The translations under genes and the position numbers were made by a program. Below the pieces are notes generated by a model. That model searched no databases. It was not told where the DNA came from and saw only the letters and a program-made list of their open reading frames with translations. Positions 40,829-51,370 of a stretch of DNA of 55,087 nucleotides are shown piece by piece. The first letter of the stretch is position 1; each line of letters opens with the position of its first letter. The stretch is from positions 1-55,087 of the forward strand of contig MQRK01254460.1 in NCBI GenBank assembly GCA_001938485.1, given 5' to 3'. Origin of the DNA: Girardia tigrina (taxonomy: Eukaryota).

Positions 40829-41043
40829 CAGTAAAATCTCTCTATAAAGTTCCCTCTTTATAAGATTTAATTCTCTATAAGGAGCAATATTTTTTAAACA
40901 CCCTTAAAATAATATATGTTGAACAATGAGTTTTACTTTATTCATTAATTTAATTTATATTCATTCCCTCTCGGTAAGCAACTTTTCTTATAGAGAGGTT
41001 GTTTTCTCGGTCCCAAATAACTCCTTAAAGAGAGGTTTTACTG
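40829..41043. mobile_element. Tigger/pogo-type MITE (215 bp)
   Basis: TA|CAGTAAAATCTCTCTATAA ... TTAAAGAGAGGTTTTACTG|TA. Confidence 0.88.
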
Positions 41044-41722
41044 TAAACATTTATATCTCATGTCTAAAAAACGTACGGCTAAATTTAATATAGCATTTCG
41101 TAATACGAAATGCATTTTAAACTTTTATATTTATGTGCCAATTTAGACAATATTTTTCTCAGTTAAAACTATTATTCAGATTATGGTTGTGATATCAGCG
41201 TTCGATATCAGTCTCCTCCTTATCCGTCTGAGTCTCCAGTTGTAATGCCACTTGTGGATTTTACTCTAATTAACGTTAATTCTCAACAGCACCGTGAACT
41301 TTAACTTTCCACTTTTGCTATTTGATCTACAGTATTTTGGCTCCCATAACAATTATTTATAGTAAAAGTCAACTTGTTTTAAATTAATAGTAATATTTAC
41401 CTTACCTCCACATTTTTCAGTCCTTAGTAGGAGGTCTTACTTTAAATATTTANNNNNNNNNNNNNNNNNNNNNNNNNNNNNNNNNNNNNNNNNNNNNNNN
41501 NNNNNNNNNNNNNNNNNNNNNNNNNNNNNNNNNNNNNNNNNNNNNNNNNNNNNNNNNNNNNNNNNNNNNNNNNNNNNNNNNNNNNNNNNNNNNNNNNNNN
41601 NNNNNNNNNNNNNNNNNNNNNNNNNNNNNNNNNNNNNNNNNNNNNNNNNNNNNNNNNNNNNNNNGGCTTAGTATGAGTTGTAAGTGGTCGATAGTAATAT
41701 TCAATGTTAAGAATCCTAAATA

Positions 41723-42694
41723 TGATTATTATTAAGAACATTAAAATGATTTCAAATACATTTATTGACATCACAACTCGAATCAGGGAAATTCTCCAAA
41801 AAACTTTCGTACTTAGACGTAGTTCTTGATTGATTATTTAAAATCCTATTTCTAAACCTTTAATTATTCGAAAAAATTTAAATTACAATTCCTTACTAAA
41901 ATATTTTAAAATTATTTTAAAAATATTATTTATGACCAATTAAATCTTTACTGTATTAAAATATTTGAAATCACTTTTAAAAAGATTTTAAATATTTCAA
42001 TCAAAATACTATTATATTAATAAAAATATCTTTAATTTTAAGTTGTTGTTTTTATTTCAAAATTGTCTGTATAATCCGACAGTTTATAACATTTAAAATA
42101 TCAATCTTCCATCTGGATAGGACAAACATAATCCTAAAAACAATATACGAATACAATCTTATCTTATAAAAGCCCAAGTCACTCACTGCCTGCCTCACTG
42201 CCTCACTAACGCTCATATTATCTACTTACAATTGTAAGTAGATATTTATATTAATAATAATTCATATGGAAAANNNNNNNNNNNNNNNNNNNNNNNNNNN
42301 NNNNNNNNNNNNNNNNNNNNNNNNNNNNNNNNNNNNNNNNNNNNNNNNNNNNNNNNNNNNNNNNNNNNNNNNNNNNNNNNNNNNNNNNNNNNNNNNNNNN
42401 NNTGGAATTCAACATTTTTCATTCATTATATTTTTCGGTAGGATTTTCAACAATGGCAACTTCTCGAAAGGGTAATTTACTGAATAATGAACGAGTATTT
42501 ACCAAAAATATAGTTTATAAAAGAAATTTTGTGAAGACACTTATTTCTAATGATTAAATGTGGAAAACAAATGAATTTAAAAAAAAATGTCTTGAAAATT
42601 TATTTGAAATTTTAACTCTATATAATTATATCCGTCATACATGACGGGTTATTTACTAGTATACAATAAACAACATTCGAAAAAATTACTCACA
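41723..42694 (-). mobile_element. Diverged solo LTR of the same Gypsy LTR family, split by a Helitron
   Basis: Minus strand starts TGTGAG at 42694; core CCATCTGGATAGGA at ~42109-42122; distal end approximate. Confidence 0.55.
42157..42659 (+). mobile_element. Non-autonomous Helitron
   Basis: A|TC 5' end, (CACT/GCCT) microsatellite, 3' hairpin CCGTCAT-AC-ATGACGG (42632-42647), CTAG|T 3' end; inserted between A and T. Confidence 0.88.
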
Positions 42695-43928
42695 ATGATG
42701 TTGACGATAAAGTTAATCAACATTATGTTAACATAAAGTTAACATGTGAACCATAAAAGAATAATTGCATTTATGAAAGTCATATATTATGTTGAAAAAC
42801 GTATTTGTGAAGTTAAGTATAAGTTAGATAATTTCCGCTGAGATTTTTGTATTTACGTTAGTAGAACTATTCCGATTGTACTGTTTAAAACTTATTCTTT
42901 TCACACTCTTCTGTCTGTTTACAGCCATAGTGTTATCAAATTATACTTTTTTATGAGTTAAGTTATTTTGAAACATTATTTTATTATTATTTTTTTTAAA
43001 TTACTATTATTATATAATAATAACTATAATTTCTGTGTGTGAGTAAAAAATTATAAAACAGAAAAATTATTTTACAATATTATTTTACAAATAAGGATAT
43101 ATAGTAAATAGAAAACTTAAAAAATAAAATATTATTTAACTCATTTGAGTAATTTAATAACAAAATAATATTAGTAATAATACAAAATAAAATATTTTTA
43201 TAGAGAAGTTTTTTTAAGTTTTTCTTTATACTTTAAGATTGGGAATAATTCTAACTATTTATACATCAATGAAATCAAGAGAGCACTTATTAAGTAAATT
43301 GTAGAAAATACAAACTTTTGTAAAATCACTGACAAAAAAGAAAGTTTTTTAAAGGTAAACAGAAAAATTAATTATTAATAATAAAAATAAAATTAAGCTT
43401 GCTTTATTTCTTCATTATATAACAAAACTAATTCTTTTTTATCAGTAAAAGTAAAAGTAATATCGTTTTGTATTTAATTTTTTGTTTGTTTTTTAATATT
43501 AAATTAAATTATTCTTAAATATTTAAAATTTATAAAAATTAGAAAAATAATTTTATATAAATAATTATTTTTTATTGTTTTACTACTTATTAATATATAA
43601 TTTAATATTAGTGCAGTTTAGAAAAAACTAAATTAATTAATTATTAGTTATTATATTTGTAATTTTTTTGAATAAAGAAAAGAATTTCTTTCAAATATTA
43701 ATAAATTTCTTTTAGAAATATTTTAAAAAAATAATCAAAAAAATAATTTTTAAATCTTATAAATTGTTTGGAATTAAAAATAATTATCCACATCATGCTT
43801 TATTTAAATAATTGATAAATCTTTTAAAAAAATAATAATTAATTCTAATGAAAAAATAAATCCATTTATTAAAAAAATATTAATTTAGAATTATTAGATT
43901 TTTCTTTTATTTCTAATTTTATGTTTAG

Positions 43929-44170
43929 AAAATCTCGATATAATAAACATTATTTTCATGAAAAAAGAAAAGGATGGAATAATAATTTTATGGAATAAAC
44001 CTATTTCCTCAAACGATATTTTGGAATATGAATGTGTTTTATATGGATTCCAGGAAGTTTCGACAAATCCAGATTTGAACAATGCTAGTTACATCGTTCA
44101 CGCTTTTACGAACAATACAAATTTTATTTTTTCTAACATCAGTTTGGAGTTTATTCTATTTGTTTCAAAA
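43929..44170 (+). CDS. Eph: Eph receptor exon: FN3-2, first part
   Basis: tttag|AA; ENLDIINIIFMKKEKDGIIILWNKP...ILEYECVLY...FIFSNI...VSK|gtaagt; phase 1-0. Confidence 0.88.
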
Positions 44171-44872
44171 GTAAGTTTTAATAAAAATAGATCGAGTTTT
44201 ACGAAACATAATTATTTGCAAAAAATATTTCATGTTTATAAAATCTCGTTAAAATTAACTACTCAACTTGTGACTTAAAATATGTAAAGAGACTCGACTC
44301 GAGAGAATGGCACTCGACAACAACACTGATAAAAACATTAATAAAATCAAAAAAATTTGTTCGTACATTGATTTATGGATCAAAAGATTTTATTAAATCT
44401 GCTTCAAAAAGCATAAATTGTTAACCCTGATCTTTGCATTTGCAAATCAACTCGGCTTTTGAACACCATGCGTTAGAGGAACATTACATTCCCTTTACTT
44501 TCGATTATGTTCTCCTCTTTGTTTGCAAAAATGATAGCAAATATGGTATGATATATTTAGTACATATTCATGACATTTATACTTTTATACTAAATAATAA
44601 ATTTCTTTATTAATTAAACAGACATTCTACAGAGGATGTTGTTGAAAAAAATGTTTGGTTTCATTTCATAATGACATTCCTGAAAACGTTTAACGCTCTT
44701 GAAGTAAAGGGTCAATCAATCTTCAAAACCGTTTTTTGTTTATTTCAATGTTACGTTTCGTTTTGTAAATACAAATTTATTTATAAAGACCCAATACCTA
44801 AGACAAAAATACATAAAGAATTGAACAATTTTATATTTGCTTTACTTATTTTTTAATCATAATTTATTTCAG

Positions 44873-44939
44873 GTTCGTCCAAGAAATTTTAAAGGTTGGG
44901 GTCATTTTGGTAAGCAATATTTGCTTCCAGTAGAAAATC
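44873..44939 (+). CDS. Eph: Eph receptor exon: FN3-2 end
   Basis: tttcag|GTT; VRPRNFKGWGHFG (cf. VRARTxAGYGxFS); C|gtaagt; phase 0-1. Confidence 0.9.
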
Positions 44940-46568
44940 GTAAGTTATAATAAGTTTTATTTTAAAAATTTGTTGATTTAAACTTAAAACCTTTTCTGTA
45001 GACATTTTTGTCTATAAATATTTTGTATTTAATTCATCATCAAATTTTAAGAAATGACATACATAAGTGTTGTATGTTGCTTTAAATAAAAACAAGCGAT
45101 TTCACAGTTTTATTCTTTTCAAAAAAAATAACTCGAACACAAAAATATACGATATTTTTTCAATTCACTAAAATATTCGACAATATTTTCATTCAATCAA
45201 AAATATCCGATACTTTCTAATTCAAACTCAACTTTTTACACTTCAGATTGATCAAAGTGGAAATTGTTTATTCGAGAGATAAAAAAAATTTCAAGGGAGT
45301 CATTATATTGAAAATCATAATCGTAAAAATATCTTAAAAAGTTATTTTAAATCACTTTAATTTTCTCTCTCTCCCTGCTTGCTCTGATTGGACGACCAAT
45401 GAGCTATTTCATTCATGCACTTTCTCTCTATCTCATTTAAACACGTAGTCCAAACACACCCTCCCACACATTGACTGAAAAATTAAAGACTAAATCGGCG
45501 GTAGCAAAATAATTTACAAACTAAGATACGAGTCACGTGACTCAATTTGAATTAAACAATTTTTATACTGAGTTTATACTCAGTAATTTAATTTTTTTAA
45601 AATTTAAATTAACTTAATTTTTACGTTAATATTTCTTGATCATATTTAATTATATATCAACATATCTGTAATATTTATCTACTTTGTACATGTTGAGATA
45701 GGGGCTATCTATATCATTTATTTCTATTAAAATAAAAATTAAATTATTTATTTATATTACTTAAATATTATTATTATTATTTGTATATTATTTATACAAT
45801 ACGCTTAACGTCATTAAGTCTTTAATCGAAATTTTAAAAATACAAACTTTAAACTTTATAGATTCCGCGAAATGTGCACTCATAATTAATATACATATTC
45901 GACACAGTTGAGTAAATCTTGCGTTTGTTTTTACTAAATCAGGTTTATAAATTTAATTTATGTAACTTAACGCTGGCTGAAGATTCCGCAGCTGTGCCGT
46001 CTTTACTAGTGTGAACGAACCCACTGGATTCGAAAAAATTTGGAATATTGCGTGGGTATGATTGTAAAATATTTTCGATTTTATTTCCGAAAAACCAGTT
46101 TTTGCACGCAATTTGAACCAAATTAATTGTGACTTTTGTATCAGATTTTCCAGAAAAAGAATTTCGCAAAAATTACACCAAATTCTCTCATTAATTCAAA
46201 AATTATTTACATTATTTTGTAATTTTCCAGCCTTCACACAATTATTAAAAATTATTTTTTACATACTTCCTATTTAATTCAAAATAATCGCCAGTTTTCC
46301 CAATAAAAATTCCGCACTATTCACACAAGATATTATTATCACCTTTGTATTTTAAATTAAAATTTTCGTTAATCGTTTCGACAATTTCATCTATTATTTT
46401 TGTTAAATGAAGAATAATATCGGTTGAATTTATTGATAATTTATCTAAAATATTTTTTAAATCATAAGAAATCAAATTAATAATATTTGATAATTTACCA
46501 TTGTCAATAATTCTATCGACATTCTCCATAATTAAATGTTCTACAAAAAAATTGTTGTCTTTCTCCTC

Positions 46569-47018
46569 TATGAGGAATATTTGAATGTTTGATGTTTTGT
46601 GTTTGAATGTGTATGTTGATTTGGAATAGTGTCTCTCCTACCCAGATGGATGATTAATGTTTTAATTCTTATTATCTAAAAATATGTTATGTTTAAATTT
46701 ATTTTTAATTTCGAATAATTTTACAATTTTAAATAAGTTAAGTTAATTAGTTTTTTACAATTTTTAATAAATAAATCAAATTAATATTTTTTTAAATAAT
46801 TAATAATCATTTTAATTATTATCCAATAAGTTTTGAGTAAATATTTTAATAACATATTTATTTCTCCATTTACTAAAAAAATAATAAGAATTAATTCATT
46901 AATCAATTTAGTTTAGAATGCAATCGTACGAAAGCTTTGACAAAGATTGTCTTAAGGACAATCAAAATTGTTGTTTAAATAAAAATATGAAAAGTCAAAT
47001 TGGTGTTCTTAATATCCA
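46569..47018 (+). mobile_element. Solo LTR, inverted near-identical copy of 36093-36508
   Basis: Long matching tracts such as gcaatcgtacgaaagctttgacaaagattgtcttaagga and ctctcctacccagatggatgattaat. Confidence 0.9.
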
Positions 47019-47141
47019 CCATGTTTCCAATTTTGTTATTAAAATGTGAGCTTTTCATCTCATTTAAACAATTTACATATAGATAATAACCATGAGTATT
47101 TATAAATAATAACATTATATCATACCATTTTATATTTACAG

Positions 47142-47355
47142 AAAGACGCAACTTAGATAGAGTTTCAAAGAAAATAACAAGACCAATCACGACTTCTCCA
47201 TCTTCGATCTTGACGGACACTATACCCTCTAATGGTGCGGACAAAGATATGATAATGATGGTTGTTGGATCCATTTTATTAGTTGCGGTTCTATTAATTA
47301 TCATTGTCTTGGTTACTTATTGTATTAGAAGACAAATGGTCTTTAATGTATATAG
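47142..47355 (+). CDS. Eph: Eph receptor exon: S/T-rich stalk and transmembrane helix
   Basis: tttacag|AA; RRNLDRVSKKITRPITTSPSSILTDTIPS...MMVVGSILLVAVLLIIIVLVTYCIRRQ; AG|gttaga; phase 1-2. Confidence 0.92.
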
Positions 47356-47406
47356 GTTAGAAAAATGGTAACTTATTTTTAGATTTACATATCGTTCTTT
47401 TTTAAG

Positions 47407-47468
47407 ACAAAAATTTAAAAATGATAAATTCGAAACTTGCAGTCCTGGTCAGATTATATATTCCAGTG
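47407..47468 (+). CDS. Eph: Eph receptor small juxtamembrane exon (alternative in-frame start at 47383)
   Basis: Needed to restore the frame; RQKFKNDKFETCSPGQIIYSS; G|gtatat; phase 2-1. Confidence 0.7.
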
Positions 47469-47599
47469 GTATATCTTCAATGTTTATTACTTTTACATCG
47501 AATATAATTTTATGATATGTTATTATTTCGACTTCAAAAAATATTTTTTTATTAATTTTAATAACATAGTTTCTATGAAATAATAATTACGTTTATTTA

Positions 47600-48600
47600 A
47601 GAAGCTCTCATTTGACATTATAATCTCATTTTATTACAATTGTTCCGGATTGAATAGAAAGGAAATAAAAAGACATTCAGAAAGATATAGTCAAAATGAT
47701 TTTCTCATAAGCTCCAACGTTTGAATCAATATTCATGAAGTCTCTTGAGGATAAAATTGTTGCTTATTCTGGGAAAAAGTAATTGGTTCTGCTGTGACAT
47801 GAGATTATTTTGTAGAATTTTCAAGTACATCCTACCGGTTACTATCTACTTGAAAAGAACGGATTCAAAACATGACTCTTCTAAAGTCTTTTTGAATATG
47901 AGAGCTCTTTATTAGAATCTTATTATTATTAGAACGTTTTATTTATTAATTTTGTCGTTCACGAAAAGGTTAGTTTCGTTATTGAAGAAAGACTAAGGTT
48001 CACGAAATTCAAATTCTGAATCATCCGATATTTAAACCAACTAATCCTCTAAAGTTGTCGGTATGGGTCATCTTAGTAAAGCTTGTTCAACTGTTTCAAA
48101 TAATAGGGGTTAAAAACGTTTGACTTTAATGATATATCACATTGTTATTCTTGTGACATCAAGCTCCCTTCATGATCATCACAATGATATATAATAAAAA
48201 ACCCGCAACATTGAAGACAATGTTTAAAATGTAAAATATATTGAAATAATAAAAAGATGTTGATGAATTTATTCAATTCGATTTTTCAACTAAATACTCA
48301 AATTTTTAAAGATGTTGTGGAGGTCTCTCACAGTTCAGATATAAAACAAACCCGCCCATAATGATGACAGACTCAAATTTGACGTATGTAAACAGTGAGC
48401 CTCGGATTTTTGCCGCTGGTTTCGAGTCGATGGTGATCGGTTTTGCATTTTTGAAAGATATTAAGAACATAACACGGTCCTTCTTTGGACTAACATCAGT
48501 GATTGCTGAAACAGGATTCAGTGGACAAAACTAAAGTTCCAAATGAGAAGAATGTGGATGTTGATTGATAATGATCAATATAAAATCAGGAGTTTGGTTT
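47600..48600 (-). mobile_element. Possible degraded LINE remnant
   Basis: Higher-GC block; minus frame SVIIMGGF (cf. APE VIIxGDFN) near 48350-48375. Confidence 0.25.
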
Positions 48601-48808
48601 TCTTGTAGAACTGTTAGCAATTATTACATGATATATTAATATTTTTATATCATTTACAATTATGATATTATTATTCAAATTAGTATTAATGGGTTTTATT
48701 GTAGTATAATGTATCTATATGTTTACCTTTTTGATTAAAATTGAATTATTAGAAGAAATTAAGTTTAAATTATAAATAAATAAAATAAGTAATATAATAA
48801 TAATTCAG

Positions 48809-48943
48809 CATATTCTCTACCCAATCAAACGTATAATAAATACCAGAATCCAAACACATATGAAGATATAAGTATTGCATTGCACGACTTCACCAAAGAG
48901 ATCGACCCCCAGTGGATATCGACGAGCTCATTAATTGGCGAAG
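48809..48943 (+). CDS. Eph: Eph receptor exon: juxtamembrane tyrosines and kinase start
   Basis: ttcag|CA; YQNPNTYEDISIALHDFTKEIDPQWISTSSLIGE (cf. YIDPxTYEDP..A..EFAKEID); G|gttgga; phase 1-1. Confidence 0.96.
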
Positions 48944-49087
48944 GTTGGATTTTTATAAATGTACTGTAACTAAAAATTATTTTATTAAGAATCGATATTA
49001 AACTTCTTAAATGAAAGATAAAATTAAATTTATTTAGTGTTTTTGTTTGTTTTATTTCATTTTTCCATTCTTTTTATTAGCTTACTT

Positions 49088-49124
<37 letters not shown>

Positions 49125-49680
49125 NNNNNNNNNNNNNNNNNNNNNNNNNNNNNNNNNNNNNNNNNNNNNNNNNNNNNNNNNNNNNNNNNNNNNNNNNNNN
49201 NNNNNNNNNNNNNNNNNNNNNNNNNNNNNNNNNNNNNNNNNNNNNNNNNNNNGCATTTTATGTTTATCAACAGAAACCTTTTTTAAAAATTTACATCAAA
49301 TTTAAAATTAATTGTTTTAATTATACAAAAAAAATTTAATTTCGATTTTTATATTAATATCAATATAAATAATTTTTAAACTAGGTCCATTTCCAGATAA
49401 GTATTTTCTTCCAATAATAATAATATATTATTTTTAAAAATAATAATAATACTATTATATATGAAATAAATTAACTTTTTCATTAATTCTTTCTTAGAAA
49501 AAATAAATTATAAATGCAAATAAAATAAAAAAGTAAAAGTCTTGATTCAACCTTGCGTGACGGATTAATTTCTCATCACAGCTCAAAGTAATTAAATTAA
49601 AATCGAGAAGAAAATATTTTAAAATGATAGTTCAAATTATAATTTTTTAATAAAAAAATTGTAATGATTTTAAAATTCAG

Positions 49681-49928
49681 GAGAATTCGGTAAGGTTTTC
49701 CAAGGTATTCTTTCAATTCCCGCCGAAGAGCAAAGAATGGTGGCAGTAAAGGTTTTAAAAAATACAGCAACTGAAAAAGAAAAAAATGACTTCTTAGTTG
49801 AAGCTAGTACAATGGGACAGTTTTCCCATGAAAACGTTATTAAATTGGAGGGAGTCGTGACAAGTTCAGATCCATTTATGATCATAACGGAATACATGGT
49901 TAACGGCTCTCTGCTCACATATCTTCAG
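49681..49928 (+). CDS. Eph: Eph receptor exon: kinase subdomains I-V
   Basis: ttcag|GA; GEFGKVFQG...VAVKVLK...FLVEASTMGQFSHENVIKLEGVVT...MIITEYMVNGSLLTYLQ|gtatgg; phase 1-0. Confidence 0.97.
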
Positions 49929-50829
49929 GTATGGTTCTCCACCTTTTAAAATATTATTTATTTACATATTCATTTAATTAAACATATACCCAATACAATC
50001 GAAAAACTTTTTAAAAACAAATAATAGTTTTTTTAAACCAAGATAATAACTAAAATCTATTTTTTATCTTTTATTGATATAATATTTATTTGAAAAAATA
50101 AAAACTGTAAAAAATTATTTAAGTAATATATTTATTTTAAGTAAATCTCTGAGAAAATAAATAATTTTTACTGCTGCAGCAATTAATTATAGTCAAAATT
50201 ATTGCTTCCAACAAGACAATTAAATTTGAGCATAATATCTTTTTCCTTCAAATTTTTATGATCTGTTGAAAACTAAATATTATTAATAATTTTAACAAAA
50301 TATACAATGCTCACATTTTCATTAAAATGTGTTGTAAATTCGTGATGTCAGATTTTGTTGTTCTTTAATAACAATGATGTTATATGGAAAAGTTATTATT
50401 ATATATTTAAAATGTTATAATAGATCGTCAAGTATGAAATTTGTAGAACTAAAGTAAAAGTTTACTACTTATTTGGTTCTTGATCAAAAGACATTATCAT
50501 TAACAAAACTTTATTTCTATTACAATTTGAGTTTTTTAAACAAATATTTTAAACAAATATTTTTGAGGAACTTTTGCACAAACCATTATAAATAAGAATT
50601 GATATAAATATAAATATGGTTATTATATTTTTTTACGAATTAAAATTCTATACTTTTTTTAATAAAAAATTATAACGTGAATTAAAATTTTGTCACAAAG
50701 ATTTTGTTGCGTCTTTTATTAAATTTCAATTTTATTGTACATTTATTTACCTGTTTCTCAATTAAATTTCCCAATTCTATACAATAGCATTTTTCATTTC
50801 GTTTTCATAATAGATTTAATTAAATAATA

Positions 50830-51370
50830 TGTTGAAAATAGAATTTAAAATCGCAATTTCGTTTAATTTAACAATTTTTAAATTTTTTACAAAAAATAAA
50901 ATTATATTTCCATTAATAATTACGTTTTCCAAAATAAAATTAAAATCGCATTTTCATTTAAATCGATTTAATTGTTTTAAAACATATTTTACCCCTTATA
51001 TTTTGATTCCAATTAAAATTTTAAAAAGAAAATTATAATTACATTTTAATTTACTCTCATTTAAAAGTTACAAAGAATAGTTTAGTTTACTTTCATTTCG
51101 CAAAACAAATATTAAACTTTATATTACTTTTGATTTTATTTCAATTAAATATTTTCATCAGATTTGAAATTAACGTTTTTTTATAATAAATCTTTTAATA
51201 GACCTACCGTAAAATTTATTTTATTTCTTACATAAATGTTTTACCTTAAAATTTTTGAAAATCTTATTTTAACAAATCGATAACAATTTGTACGGAATGT
51301 AATTGTTTAACTAATAATTTGATAAGATTGTAAATTCAAAAATTTTATGAACTCAACCACGCTCCCTGCA
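50830..51370 (-). mobile_element. Probable 3' LTR of the second Gypsy element
   Basis: PPT GGGGGGA (51371-51377, minus strand) followed by TGCAGG; distal boundary is a guess. Confidence 0.4.

Noticed and set aside
45380-45400. Paired inverted CCAAT boxes as an internal promoter
   Set aside because: No other promoter evidence; probably internal TE sequence
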